From positions 16,800-80,799 of the forward strand of contig JABDQH010000030.1 of NCBI GenBank assembly GCA_013042375.1: 64,000 bases of DNA, in the 5' to 3' direction. This DNA comes from Woeseiaceae bacterium (lineage in GTDB: Bacteria; Pseudomonadota; Gammaproteobacteria; Steroidobacterales; Woeseiaceae). Each line of letters begins with the position of its first letter. The first letter of the stretch is position 1. The notes beneath the pieces are model-generated. The model searched no databases, was not told the DNA's origin, and worked only from the letters and a program-made list of their open reading frames with translations. Made by a program: the position numbers and the translations under genes. Shown here one piece after another: positions 37,101 to 46,540 of the stretch.

Positions 37101-37601
37101 TCGCTGCGCGCCGGCGACGAGCCCGACCTCGAAGCGCCCCTGCATGCCGGCGCCGACATCAATCTGCACGTCCCCGCCCTGCTGCCCGAGGACTACGTGC
37201 CCGACGTGCACCTGCGCCTGATCTTGTACAAACGCATCTCGGCGGCCGAATCGGCCGACGAACTGCGCGACCTGCAGGTCGAGCTCATCGACCGCTTCGG
37301 CCTGCTGCCCGATGCCACGAAGAACCTGCTGCGCATCGCGGCCTTGCGCAAGCAGGCAACAGGGCTCGGCGTCGAGAAGATCGATGCCGCGGATACGGGC
37401 GGGTACCTCGTGTTCGGCCCGGACAGCCGCATCGACCCGCTGGCGCTGGTCAGGCTCGTGCAGAACGACAGCCGGCGGTATCGCCTGCAGGGCTCGAACC
37501 GGCTCCGGGTCGACGACGATTTGGGTGAACTCGAGCGGCGATTCGCTACAATCGAGAACCTGCTAGGGCAATTGGCGGTCAAACATGAGCATGATTCTTA
37601 A
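34140..37601 (+). CDS. mfd: Transcription-repair coupling factor Mfd
   Basis: 1153 aa; UvrB-homology N-domain, CarD/RID, superfamily-2 helicase motifs (GDVGFGKTEVA, DEEHRFG), TRCF C-domain. TTG start per the ORF track. Confidence 0.92.
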   Translation: MHTPLLVPAGTNLPDPGHEAHWGRLLGAGLALAAAELAAAVDRPLLVLAQDPRHADQLEAELRFFGGEDLRVEHFVEWETLPWDTFSPHQDIVSQRLRVLAKLRTLQGGVVIATVNVLQQRLPPVEYVSARSLSLREGQALPRDQFTAALVAAGYLRVPQVSEHGEFAVRGSLIDVFPMGADSPVRIDFFDDDIESLRWFSSETQLSGERVSAIDILPAREVPLDDDAIRSFRDRYRERFEGQPSQSRVYREVSDGIAHGGIEYYLPLFFDDTASLLDYLPAGCGVIAPAGSDALFETFDAELRERHELCRLDPERPILSVDETFVAADEVRMRLASFPLLQYASQSLADSARNFDTRMPPAMKIETRYDDAAASLVSFLDTFEGRVLFSTDSPGRREQLHDMLRSRGIDLARSESWQAFLDDAHRVGLAIAPIESGVLLPGARIAIISEQQLFGERTRVRRRRRGERDPESIIRQLDDLEPGSPVVHEEHGVGRYLGLTTLEAGGITAEFLHLEYADGDKLYVPVHALDLISRYTGASPENAPLHRLGSDQWARAKRRAVQKIRDVAAELLDVYARRAARPGHSFHWPESEYRNFESGFPFELTEDQARTIDDVLEDLASDQPMDRIVCGDVGFGKTEVALRAAFAAVHDGKQVAVLVPTTLLAQQHGQSFRDRFADWPVRVEVLSRFQSTKQAREIVAGMRAGSVDIVIGTHRLLQHTKDFHDVGLVVVDEEHRFGVRHKETIKSLRSEVDILTLTATPIPRTLNMALGGLREMSLITTPPAERLAVKTFVSEWNDVVIREACLREIKRGGQVYFIHNRIEDIERIEQHLEKLVPEAMIRIGHGQMPERDLEQVMLDFSHRRFNVLLCTTIVESGIDVPTANTIVINRADRFGLAQLHQLRGRVGRSHHRAYAYLVAPPRATMTADAIKRLEAIDSLEDLGSGFTLATHDLEIRGAGELLGDVQSGQIQEIGFSLYTELLGRAVESLRAGDEPDLEAPLHAGADINLHVPALLPEDYVPDVHLRLILYKRISAAESADELRDLQVELIDRFGLLPDATKNLLRIAALRKQATGLGVEKIDAADTGGYLVFGPDSRIDPLALVRLVQNDSRRYRLQGSNRLRVDDDLGELERRFATIENLLGQLAVKHEHDS

Positions 37602-38253
37602 ACTGGCACTGGGCGTGGCCGGGCTCGCCTTGCTGGCACCCGCGGCGGCGCAGGACTCCGACGACGAGTCGGAGATACGCCGCTATGCGGTCGAGGTAAT
37701 TATTTTCCGGTACGCGCAGGACGTCGGGAGCGGCAACGAGATTTTTGCGGCCGCCGAGCCGCAGACCGTCCTTTTCGGCGGCCCGCTGCCCGAGGCCGCC
37801 GAGGTTCCCGAGCCGCAGCCGCCGCGCCGCACGGGACCGTATCCTGATATCGAGTTCGTGCGCCTGATGCGGGACGACTACCAGCTGACGGACATCTATG
37901 GCCGCCTCAGGCGACTGGATGCCTACGACCCCATCATGCACTTCGGCTGGACACAGGCGACGTGGGCGCAGGAGCAAACCCGGCCGATTCCGCTGCGCCG
38001 TTTCGGCCGCCCGCCCGCAGACCTCGACGGCGACCTGACGCTCTACCTGAATCGCTTCCTGCATCTCGTCGTTGACCTGGAGCTTGGCGCTGCCAGCGAA
38101 GCGCCTGTCTTCTATCGCATCGAGGAAGACCGCATCCTGAAGAACGGCGAGTTGCGCTACTACGACCACCCGAAATTCGGGCTGCTTGCAAAGGTCACAC
38201 GCGTCGAAGAGCGTGAAGACGCGGACGAGCTACCGGGTTACCCGGTCCAGTAA
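37585..38253 (+). CDS. CsiV-family (DUF2803) periplasmic peptidoglycan-binding protein
   Basis: Signal peptide; EVIIFRY and LRYYDHPKFGLLAKV motifs. Lies immediately downstream of mfd, as I recall for Vibrio csiV. Overlaps the mfd 3' end by 17 nt. Confidence 0.55.
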   Translation: MSMILKLALGVAGLALLAPAAAQDSDDESEIRRYAVEVIIFRYAQDVGSGNEIFAAAEPQTVLFGGPLPEAAEVPEPQPPRRTGPYPDIEFVRLMRDDYQLTDIYGRLRRLDAYDPIMHFGWTQATWAQEQTRPIPLRRFGRPPADLDGDLTLYLNRFLHLVVDLELGAASEAPVFYRIEEDRILKNGELRYYDHPKFGLLAKVTRVEEREDADELPGYPVQ

Positions 38254-39114
38254 GGCATCGAGGAAGCTACCGGGGTCCCGCTCCTCCCCGGCCGCATCGG
38301 CCACGGTCACATCGTAGCTGACGGTAACGAAACGCCCCGACGTCGAACGCGGATGATGCAGTCCGAGTTCGCGGACCGCCGTCGCGATGCTCCCGGCGAA
38401 CTCCCGCACGTTCGCCTCTTCCGATCCGTGCGACAGCGCTACGAACACGGCGCCGCCCGGCCTGGCGACGACGTCACTGGCGCGGCGCAGGCTGCGTCGG
38501 ATCGCCTGACCGACACGGCGCAGGCAGGAATCGGCAGCATGACGACCGAACACGCCGACATACGCGTCGAAGTCGTCGAGCGAGAAGGTCACGAGCGACA
38601 ACAGACTCTTCTCGCGGGCCGCGACGGCCCAGTCATGTTCGAAGACCTCCCGAAACGCGCCTGCGTTGAGCAGACCCGTCACGGCATCGTCGCGTGACAA
38701 GTCGCGAATACGCCGTTTCGCCTTGAGCAGGGCATGATGCACGTCGGCGCTGTCCGCGGCTGCCGGGCTGCTGCCGCCGCGCCAGTATCCGACGTAAAAA
38801 CGCGGCGCATCTTTGCGGCCCTGCTCGAGGGGTCTCAGGACCAGCAGGTACTCGCGGCCGCCAGCTTCTATCGGGTGACTGGTCTCCTCGCCGGAGCGCA
38901 CCGTCTCGCTGACTTCGAGCGCCATTTCGCGGCCACCGAGTGCTTCGATTACGTCGGCGAACGGCTTGCCCCTGCATTCGTCGCCACCCAGTGACTCGAA
39001 CGCGGAGTTCACGTGCGCGACGGGCCAGTCCGGCCGGTCGACTCTCACGACGACGACCGGTTCTGCCGTTGCGGCCAGGACCTCCTCGAGAATTTTCCGC
39101 GTTAGAGCATTCAT
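38230..39114 (-). CDS. PAS-like / degenerate GGDEF domain protein (GGAVF, I-site retained)
   Basis: ATG at 39114. GGDEF fold markers DAVTGLLN and RRASDVVARPGGAVFVAL. The GG[DE]EF catalytic acids are replaced by Ala-Val, while the RxxD (RASD) motif sits exactly 5 residues upstream. Confidence 0.7.
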   Translation of the reverse strand: MNALTRKILEEVLAATAEPVVVVRVDRPDWPVAHVNSAFESLGGDECRGKPFADVIEALGGREMALEVSETVRSGEETSHPIEAGGREYLLVLRPLEQGRKDAPRFYVGYWRGGSSPAAADSADVHHALLKAKRRIRDLSRDDAVTGLLNAGAFREVFEHDWAVAAREKSLLSLVTFSLDDFDAYVGVFGRHAADSCLRRVGQAIRRSLRRASDVVARPGGAVFVALSHGSEEANVREFAGSIATAVRELGLHHPRSTSGRFVTVSYDVTVADAAGEERDPGSFLDALLDRVTR

Positions 39115-39124
39115 GACCGCTGCC

Positions 39125-39859
39125 TCACAGTGCCCCGAAGAGCGCCTCGAGCGTCGCCATCGTCGCACGCCTCGCGCTCCCCGTATGCGTCTCGACGGCA
39201 TCGTGAATGGGCACGTCGCCGCGGCCCGCGGCATGGTTCACGACGAGCGCGATACACGCGTACTCGAGGCCGGCTTCACGCGCAATGACCGCTTCGGGCA
39301 TGGCGGTCATACCGACGAAGTCCGCCCCATCGCCTGCCAGGCGATCAATCTCGGCCGCCGTCTCGAGTCGCGGACCCTGGGTCGTGGCATAGACGCCGCC
39401 ATCGTGGCAGGCGACGCCCGCCGCACTCGCCGCCGCCAGCAATCCTGCTCGCAGCGATGCCGTGAACGGCTCCGTGAAATCGACGTGCTCAAATGAGCGG
39501 TGCATCTCCTGGAACAGGGTGTGCCCTCGCCCCCACGTATAGTCGATGACCTGGTCGGGGACGGCGATGCCGCCCGGGGCGACGTCGTCGGTGATCACAC
39601 CCACGGTATTGAGGCCGACGATCGCATCTGCACCGAGCATCTTGAGCGCGAGGATATTGGCGCGATAATTGATGGCGTGCGGCGGAATCGTATGCGCGTC
39701 GCCGTGCCGCGCCAGGGTCAGCACCGTGTGTTCGCCGAAGCGCGCGCGGTGAACCTTGGCCGACGGCGCGCCGCAACTCGTGTCGACGCGGGTACCCGGA
39801 TCCGCCTGCGCGAACCTGTCCCAGCCGCTGCCGATGATCAGTCCGAAACTCGTCCCCAA
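39125..39859 (-). CDS. MTAP-family purine nucleoside phosphorylase (S-methyl-5'-thioinosine/adenosine phosphorylase)
   Basis: GLIIGSG, RHGDAHTIPPHAINYRANI, GMTAMPEA motifs. Same mfd...nagZ neighbourhood as the Pseudomonas MTI phosphorylase. TTG start. Confidence 0.8.
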   Translation of the reverse strand: MGTSFGLIIGSGWDRFAQADPGTRVDTSCGAPSAKVHRARFGEHTVLTLARHGDAHTIPPHAINYRANILALKMLGADAIVGLNTVGVITDDVAPGGIAVPDQVIDYTWGRGHTLFQEMHRSFEHVDFTEPFTASLRAGLLAAASAAGVACHDGGVYATTQGPRLETAAEIDRLAGDGADFVGMTAMPEAVIAREAGLEYACIALVVNHAAGRGDVPIHDAVETHTGSARRATMATLEALFGAL

Positions 39860-39868
39860 CCTCTTTTC

Positions 39869-40915
39869 CTACGCATCCAGGTGAAACTCGGGCCGCTCGT
39901 CCCAATGCCGAAAGCGGGCGTTGATGGTCTGCCATTTATCGCCCGCGAGCAAGGATTCGCGCAGCGTGTGTCCGGTACCGTGCAGGCGAGCCAGGCGCAC
40001 GAGCGACAATGGGTTGGAGTAATCGGCGAGCTTGTCGACGGCTTCCTGCGCGGCGTCGCGGTCGTTGCAGATCGGCACCATGTCGCAGCCGGCCTCGAGC
40101 GCGAGCCGCGCGCGCTCACCGATCGTGCCATAGCCGGCGGTAGCCTTCATGCTCAGGTCGTCACAGAACACGGCGCCGCCGAAGCCCAGGCGCGAACGCA
40201 ACTCCTTCTGGATCCAGTATGCCGAGAAGCTCGCGGGCAACTCGTCGACCTGATCGTAGATGATATGTGCCGTCATCACGGCTGCGATCGACCCGTTACT
40301 GACGAGACGCTCATACGGCCGCATGTCGTCGAGGATCATGCCGTAGTCGCGCCGGTCGACGGGTAACTGGAGATGGGAATCCGCGATGACGGCACCGTGC
40401 CCGGGAAAATGCTTGGCCACGGCGGCCATCCCGGCGCTGCGCATGCCGCGCGCAAACTCGTCCGCGAGGTCCGCCACGACGCTCGGGTCGCGGTGGAACG
40501 CGCGCGCCCCAATCACCTCGCTCACACCCCAGTCGAGGTCGACGCAGGGCGCGAAGCCGAGATCGATGCCGACCGCGCGAAGTTCGGAGCCGATCAGCCA
40601 GCCTGCATCGCGCGCTGCCTGCTGCCCGGCCCCGGCATCGCGATCGAACTCGCGACCAACACGCTGCATGGGCGGCACCTCGGTGAAGCCTTCGCGGAAT
40701 CGCTGCACCCGCCCACCCTCGTGATCGACGGCCACGAGCAGCGGCGGGCTGCGCAGCGCGCGTACTTCGGTAACGAGGTCAGCAAGCTGCTCGACCGATT
40801 CGTAGTTGCGCGAGAACAGGATCAGGCCCCCGACTGCGGGCTCTCGCAGCAGGTCGCGGTCTGCGGGGCTGAGCGTCAGCCCCTCTATGTCGAGCATCAC
40901 GGGTCCAAGTGACAT
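39869..40915 (-). CDS. nagZ: Beta-N-acetylhexosaminidase NagZ
   Basis: GH3 N-domain; MLDIEGLTLS..., VAVDHEGGRVQRF, KHFPGHG. Confidence 0.87.
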   Translation of the reverse strand: MSLGPVMLDIEGLTLSPADRDLLREPAVGGLILFSRNYESVEQLADLVTEVRALRSPPLLVAVDHEGGRVQRFREGFTEVPPMQRVGREFDRDAGAGQQAARDAGWLIGSELRAVGIDLGFAPCVDLDWGVSEVIGARAFHRDPSVVADLADEFARGMRSAGMAAVAKHFPGHGAVIADSHLQLPVDRRDYGMILDDMRPYERLVSNGSIAAVMTAHIIYDQVDELPASFSAYWIQKELRSRLGFGGAVFCDDLSMKATAGYGTIGERARLALEAGCDMVPICNDRDAAQEAVDKLADYSNPLSLVRLARLHGTGHTLRESLLAGDKWQTINARFRHWDERPEFHLDA

Positions 40916-40938
40916 CCGCAGCGCCTCGTCGCTGGCCT

Positions 40939-42261
40939 TCAGGATCTGGCGAATACAGCAATAGATTCTACATGTGCCGTGTGCGGGAACATATCGATGA
41001 TCCCCGCCGATTCGAGCCGGTAGCCCTTCTCGTGAACCAGCGCGCCGGCGTCACGAGCCAGCGTACCCGGATGACAGGAAACGTACACGATCCGCGCGGG
41101 GTCGAATTTCTCCATGTGTTCCACGACTTCGGCGGCACCGCTGCGAGCCGGGTCGAGCAACATGCGGTCGCATCCTTCCCGAACCCAGGCCTCGGTGCCA
41201 TCGATGCCGCCGAGATCGCAAACACGGAAGGATGCATTGTCGATACCGTTGCGGCGTGCATTCTCAGCCGCGCGACGCGTCAGGCTTTCCTCGCCCTCGA
41301 CGCCAACGACACTGGCCGCCTGTCGGGCCAGGGGCAGCGAAAAATTGCCAATTCCACAATACAGATCGAGCACGCGGTCCTCGCCCCGGGCGCCGAGCTG
41401 TTCGACGGCAAAGTGCACCATGCTCCGGTTGATGTCCGCATTGATCTGGACGAAGTCGACGGGCTCGAACTCGATGCGGATGTCGAATTCGGGCAGCGTG
41501 TAGTAAAGCGCTTCGTCGACCTGCGCGGGCTGCAATAATCGCAGCGAATCGAGTCCACCAGGCTGCAGGTAGATGCGCAGGTCGTGCTTGTTGCCGAAAT
41601 CACGAAACTCGGCTTCGTCGGCCTCGCTCGGCGGGTCGAGCACACGAAACACGAGGGCGATGGCGTTCTCGGCCACGGCCAGCTCGATCTGCGGCAGGCG
41701 TGCCCGTATCGACAGTCTGCCAACGAGATCGCTGAGGTCATCGATCAGCGCGTCCAGCGGCGTGACCAGCACCTCGCAGCGGCGCATGTCCGTGATGAAC
41801 GGTGCGTGTCGCTCGCGAAAACCGACCAGCGCCCGTCCCTTGCCGCGGACGTCCTTGACGGCGAGCCGCGCCCGGCGGCGATAGTGCCACTCGGGGCCGG
41901 TCATTGCGGGCAACCAGGCGACGGGCTCGACCCTGCCGATGCGCTCGAGGTTGTCGCGTAGTGTGCCTTCCTTGATTTCGCGCTGGTGCGCGGCGCTGAC
42001 GTGCTGCAGCGAGCATCCGCCGCAGCGACCATACGCCTCGCAGCGCGCCTCGATGCGGTCGGCTGACGGTTCATGGATCTCGAGCAGTTCGGCTTCGTCG
42101 AAATTGCGACGGGACTTGCGCCGCACGAACGTCACGGTTTCCCCCTCGAGCGCGCCCGCGACGAAGACCTTCTTGCCGTCGGTATCGGCGATGCCGCGCC
42201 CGTCGTGTGTCGCCGCGACGATGGCGGCCGTTTCCGGCTCGCGTCGCTTGCGCCGCGCCAT
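40939..42261 (-). CDS. rlmD: 23S rRNA (uracil1939-C5)-methyltransferase RlmD
   Basis: TRAM N-domain, Fe-S Cys cluster (CEAYGRCGGCSLQH), SAM-MTase motifs (DLYCGIGNFSLP), C-terminal nucleophile region. ATG at 42261. Confidence 0.82.
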   Translation of the reverse strand: MARRKRREPETAAIVAATHDGRGIADTDGKKVFVAGALEGETVTFVRRKSRRNFDEAELLEIHEPSADRIEARCEAYGRCGGCSLQHVSAAHQREIKEGTLRDNLERIGRVEPVAWLPAMTGPEWHYRRRARLAVKDVRGKGRALVGFRERHAPFITDMRRCEVLVTPLDALIDDLSDLVGRLSIRARLPQIELAVAENAIALVFRVLDPPSEADEAEFRDFGNKHDLRIYLQPGGLDSLRLLQPAQVDEALYYTLPEFDIRIEFEPVDFVQINADINRSMVHFAVEQLGARGEDRVLDLYCGIGNFSLPLARQAASVVGVEGEESLTRRAAENARRNGIDNASFRVCDLGGIDGTEAWVREGCDRMLLDPARSGAAEVVEHMEKFDPARIVYVSCHPGTLARDAGALVHEKGYRLESAGIIDMFPHTAHVESIAVFARS

Positions 42262-42265
42262 CCGC

Positions 42266-43036
42266 TCAGCCCCGCCAGGCGGCGAGGAATTCGGCGAAAT
42301 GCGGCTTGTCCATTTTTTCGAGCGCAGTACGCACGAGCGCGTACTCGCGTTCGAGATCCTCGCTATCGAGATTCCCGCGTATGTATTCAAAGCGCAGGTA
42401 GACGAGCCAGGTATTGAGCACGTCGGTCTCGCAGTAATTGCGAATCTCGCCGACCCCGCCTGCTTTGAACTTGTCCCAGACCTGCGCCCCGTTCATGCCG
42501 AGCTTACCGGGAAAACCGAGCATTACGGCGATCTCATCCAGTTTGGCGAAGGCCCGATTGTTGAAGTTCGCAAGCACGTCCATGAGGTCGACGTGCCGCC
42601 AGTGATAGCGGCTCAGATAATTGTTCCACTTGAAGTCGCGATCCGACTCACCGTGCTCCCAGTAGCGCGGCGCCTGGATGCCGTGTTTCAGCGCACGGTA
42701 GTGCAGGACCGGCAGGTCGAAGCCGCCACCGTTCCAGGAGACGAGATCGGGCGTGTACTTGTCGATGCCGTCGAAGAACCGCCGCACGAGGTCGGCTTCG
42801 TCGGATTCTTCGTCGCCGAGGCTCCAGACGCGGAACGAATTGCCCGTCCTGAACGTAACCGAAATCGCGACGATGCGGTGCTGATGCAGCGGCAGGAAAT
42901 CGTGACCGACCGCCTGGTGCCGCTTGAACGTCATCGCGGTCGCGACGTCTTCGTCGGACAGACCTTCCAGGTCGAGCAAAGTGCGTCCCAGCTCGACGTC
43001 GGGCACGGTCTCGATATCGAAAGTGAAACAATGCAT
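42266..43036 (-). CDS. PolB-like 3'-5' exonuclease domain protein (COG3298-type)
   Basis: Exo I FDIETVPD; SWNGGGFDLPVL (Exo II-like). ATG at 43036. Confidence 0.65.
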   Translation of the reverse strand: MHCFTFDIETVPDVELGRTLLDLEGLSDEDVATAMTFKRHQAVGHDFLPLHQHRIVAISVTFRTGNSFRVWSLGDEESDEADLVRRFFDGIDKYTPDLVSWNGGGFDLPVLHYRALKHGIQAPRYWEHGESDRDFKWNNYLSRYHWRHVDLMDVLANFNNRAFAKLDEIAVMLGFPGKLGMNGAQVWDKFKAGGVGEIRNYCETDVLNTWLVYLRFEYIRGNLDSEDLEREYALVRTALEKMDKPHFAEFLAAWRG

Positions 43037-43038
43037 GT

Positions 43039-43425
43039 TTAGCCTCCTATGGCTTCGACGACGGCAAAGGCGAGTACGAGACCCGCATCGTCGGTCAGGC
43101 TCAGGTGACCGCTGCCGATGCCGAGCCGTGCGCAGACGCGACTGCCGCGTTCCGACCACACGATAACCGGCCGTCCCCACTCGTTGCTCAGGATTCCCAC
43201 GTCGCGGATCCAGACACCGTGCGAGAATCCCGTGCCCATCGCCTTGACAGTCGCCTCTTTACCGGCGAAACGCATGGCGAGGAAACGCACCGGGTCGGCG
43301 GCACGCGTATAGAGCTCCATTTCCTCGTCCATGAGAATGCGGCGCGCAAAGTGGTCGCCGAAGCGCTCGTAAATGCCCTTCACCCGACTGAGCTCGACGA
43401 TGTCCGTGCCGATTCCGAAGATCAC
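43039..43425 (-). CDS. acpS: Holo-ACP synthase
   Basis: IFGIGTDIVELSRV N-terminus; 128 aa; downstream of pdxJ, as in E. coli. GTG start. Confidence 0.87.
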   Translation of the reverse strand: MIFGIGTDIVELSRVKGIYERFGDHFARRILMDEEMELYTRAADPVRFLAMRFAGKEATVKAMGTGFSHGVWIRDVGILSNEWGRPVIVWSERGSRVCARLGIGSGHLSLTDDAGLVLAFAVVEAIGG

Positions 43426-43432
43426 GTTTTGT

Positions 43433-44173
43433 TCAATCCTGACGCGCCTCGAGCATGAGCCGTTTCATTTCCACGACCGCGGAACCGAGTCCATCGAACA
43501 CGGCGCGCGCGATTATGGCATGCCCGATATTGAGCTCGACGATTTCGGGGATGCGCGCGACTGCCTTGACGTTCTGGTAGTGCAAGCCGTGGCCGGCATT
43601 GATGACGAGACCGTTTTCGCGGCCGTAGGCCGCGGCATCCGCGATGCGCTCGAGTTCGACTTGCTGCGTCTTGCCTTCAGTGTTGGCATACGCCCCGGTG
43701 TGCAGTTCGACGACCGGCGCGCCTGCCGCCAGCGCGGCGTCGATCTGCACGCGATCCGGGTCGATGAACAGGGACACGCGGATGCCGGCGTCCGCGAGCT
43801 CGGCGCATGTCGCACGAACCAGGTCGCCCTGGCCGGCCACGTCGAGCCCGCCCTCGGTCGTCAGTTCCTCGCGCTTTTCGGGAACGAGGCAGACATCGCG
43901 CGGACATACGCGTTTCGCGATCGCGATCATCTCGTCGGTCATCGCCATCTCGAAATTCATGTGCGTGCGGATGACCTCGCTGATCTCGTCGAGGTCGTGG
44001 TCCTGGATATGGCGTCGATCCTCGCGCAGGTGCACGGTGATGCTGTCGGCGCCGCCACGCTCGGCGATGTACGCCGCTTCCGCGGGACGCGGGTAGCTCG
44101 TGCCGCGGGCCTGCCGCAGCGTCGCGACGTGATCGATGTTCACGCCGAGGTAGATCGCTTTGTGGTCGCTCAT
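43433..44173 (-). CDS. pdxJ: Pyridoxine 5'-phosphate synthase
   Basis: [33 protein letters not shown] motifs. Confidence 0.92.
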   Translation of the reverse strand: MSDHKAIYLGVNIDHVATLRQARGTSYPRPAEAAYIAERGGADSITVHLREDRRHIQDHDLDEISEVIRTHMNFEMAMTDEMIAIAKRVCPRDVCLVPEKREELTTEGGLDVAGQGDLVRATCAELADAGIRVSLFIDPDRVQIDAALAAGAPVVELHTGAYANTEGKTQQVELERIADAAAYGRENGLVINAGHGLHYQNVKAVARIPEIVELNIGHAIIARAVFDGLGSAVVEMKRLMLEARQD

Positions 44174-44916
44174 TCGCCGCGTTCCGGGCCTTCGGGAGGA
44201 GCAATTCTACCCCGATGTATTTCCCGGAGCACCTTGCGACTCTGTAGCTCCCTGCCACCGAGGTGGTGGCGCATTACGGCGCGCAGCAGTCGCCCGGCCG
44301 CGCTCAGCACGTCGGCATCGTCGAAACGCCGTGCCGCAATCGCGTGCAACGTCATGCCGCGGAAGACGAGCGGTCCCTCGCTGCGACTGACCGGCACGGG
44401 TCCCTGCTCGACGCGATAATCGTAATACCGGGAAGCCTCGACGCCGTCATGCGACGACGCCTCGTGCTCGAGGTTGACGGCGTAGCCGAGCAGCCCCAGG
44501 AACTCGAGCTCGAAATTGCGCAGCGCCGGGGCGGCGTCGCCACTGACCAGCGCCGGAATGACATCTGCATACAGCGCAAATACCTCGGGCTGCGCATCAT
44601 GCCGGTGCAGGAAATGCAGGATCAATTCGTTGACATAGTAGGCGGACAACAGTGCGTCGCCGCGCAGATCGGCCGGGCGCCCGGTCGCCTCGGCGCCGGT
44701 TAGAGTTCCGAGGTCGGACTTCGCGACCCAGGATACGCGCAGCGGCAGGAACGGACGCAATACCCCCGCAAGGCGCGATTTCGATCCGCGGCTGCCGCGC
44801 GCAACGACGGCGATCTTGCCGTGATCGCGTGTCAGCACGTCGAGAATCCGGCTCGAATCGCGAAACGGCCTGTGATGCAGGACGTAGCCTGGCTGCTGCT
44901 GGACGCGCGTACTCAT
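44170..44916 (-). CDS. recO: DNA repair protein RecO
   Basis: [22 protein letters not shown]-terminal OB fold; era-recO-pdxJ order. ATG at 44916. Confidence 0.85.
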   Translation of the reverse strand: MSTRVQQQPGYVLHHRPFRDSSRILDVLTRDHGKIAVVARGSRGSKSRLAGVLRPFLPLRVSWVAKSDLGTLTGAEATGRPADLRGDALLSAYYVNELILHFLHRHDAQPEVFALYADVIPALVSGDAAPALRNFELEFLGLLGYAVNLEHEASSHDGVEASRYYDYRVEQGPVPVSRSEGPLVFRGMTLHAIAARRFDDADVLSAAGRLLRAVMRHHLGGRELQSRKVLREIHRGRIAPPEGPERGE

Positions 44917-44925
44917 GGCCTGCAA

Positions 44926-45819
44926 TCAGGGCGCCTCGAATCCCAGCCGCATGAGATCTTCTTCCCTGTCCGCCCAGTTCGACCGCACCTTGACCCACAA
45001 CTCCAGGTGCACCGGGCACGCCAGTTGCTCCCTGAGCTCGAGTCGCGCCGCTCTCCCGACGCGTTTGAGCATCGCCCCGCCCTTGCCGACGACGATGCCT
45101 TTCTGGCTGTCGCGCTCGACCCAGATGACCGCGTTGATCGTGATCCCCTGGTCCTCCTCGAGCAGGCGTTCGACCTGCACGGTCAGGCCATACGGCAGCT
45201 CCTGGTGCAGCATCAACGTGAGTTTCTCCCGGATTGTCTCGGCGATGTGAAACTCGCGACTGCGGTCCGTGTGCATGTCCTCGGGAAACAACGGCGGCGA
45301 CTCGGGCAGGAATGCGGGCAGGACTGCAAGCAACGCTTCCAGGTTGTCCCGCTCGAGCGCGGAGACCGGTATGATCTCGGCAAAATCGTAGCGCGCGGAC
45401 ATGAGCGCTATCGTATCCAGCAATTTCTCCTTCGGCTGCACGCGGTCGATCTTGTTCAGGACCGCCACGACCGGCGACCGTACTTTCCGCAGGCGCCGCA
45501 GCACGTCATCGTCCTCGGCAGTCCAGCGTGTCGCATCGCTGACGAACAGGACCACGTCGGCGTCCGCGAGCGCGTTGGCCGCGGTGCGGTTCATGAGCCG
45601 GTTCATCGCCTTGCCCGCATTGCGATGCAGGCCCGGGGTATCGACGAAAATCACCTGCGATGCGGCGGTCGTATGCACGGCGAGGATCCGGTGGCGCGTC
45701 GTTTGCGGTTTCGCCGTTACGATGCTGACCTTGCGCCCGACGATTGCATTGATCAGCGTCGACTTGCCCACATTCGGCCGCCCGATGACCGCTGCCATGC
45801 CGCATCGAAACTCACTCAC
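44926..45819 (-). CDS. era: GTPase Era
   Basis: G1 GRPNVGKST, G3 DTPG, NKID, C-terminal KH domain. GTG at 45819 overlaps the rnc stop (GTGA) and gives an Era-typical 297 aa. Confidence 0.9.
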   Translation of the reverse strand: MSEFRCGMAAVIGRPNVGKSTLINAIVGRKVSIVTAKPQTTRHRILAVHTTAASQVIFVDTPGLHRNAGKAMNRLMNRTAANALADADVVLFVSDATRWTAEDDDVLRRLRKVRSPVVAVLNKIDRVQPKEKLLDTIALMSARYDFAEIIPVSALERDNLEALLAVLPAFLPESPPLFPEDMHTDRSREFHIAETIREKLTLMLHQELPYGLTVQVERLLEEDQGITINAVIWVERDSQKGIVVGKGGAMLKRVGRAARLELREQLACPVHLELWVKVRSNWADREEDLMRLGFEAP

Positions 45820-46499
45820 GGACGCTCTCCGGACAAGATCGCAAGCATGTCCCGGGCTGCCTGTTGTTCTGCCTTGCGACGCGAGGTCGATTCGCCCCCG
45901 GTGCTCTGCGAGAGTTCGGTCACCGTGCACGTGACGCTGAAGCGCCGCCGGTGGTCCTTGCCGTGCACCTCGGTGAGTTCGTACACCGGCAGGGCCAGTT
46001 TGCGCGCCTGCAGCCATTCCTGCAGGCGGGTCTTGGGATCACGCAGATCCTCCGCATCGGGCAGGGTCTCGAGGCGATGCGCGAATACGCGCAGGATCAT
46101 GTCTCTCGCCGCATCAACACCCGAATCGAGGAACACGGCGCCGAATACGGCTTCGACGGCATCGGCGAGAATCGACTCCCGGCGGTGGCCACCGCTTTTC
46201 TTCTCGCCGCTTCCCAACACCAGGTGTTCGCCGATACCGAGTTCGACCGCGATTTCTGCGAGTGCGGTGTCCTTCACGAGTGAGGCGCGCAGGCGACTGA
46301 GGTCGCCCTCCTCCGCATCGGGACGGAGCTTGAACACGGCTTCGGAGATGACGAAATCGAGTACCGCGTCGCCGAGGAATTCGAGACGCTCGTTGCTGCG
46401 GCCCGCAGCGCTGCGATGGGTCAGCGCGCGACCCAGCAGCCCCGCGTCCCGGAAACGGAATTGCAGCGTGTCTTGCAGCCAGCGCTCGGCTTTTTCCAA
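45816..46499 (-). CDS. rnc: Ribonuclease III
   Basis: Signature NERLEFLGDAVL; C-terminal dsRBD. TTG start per the ORF track. Confidence 0.92.
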   Translation of the reverse strand: MEKAERWLQDTLQFRFRDAGLLGRALTHRSAAGRSNERLEFLGDAVLDFVISEAVFKLRPDAEEGDLSRLRASLVKDTALAEIAVELGIGEHLVLGSGEKKSGGHRRESILADAVEAVFGAVFLDSGVDAARDMILRVFAHRLETLPDAEDLRDPKTRLQEWLQARKLALPVYELTEVHGKDHRRRFSVTCTVTELSQSTGGESTSRRKAEQQAARDMLAILSGERP

Positions 46500-46540
46500 T
46501 GCTATCGCTCTTTGTCGCCCGGCCGCCTCGCAGCCACATC

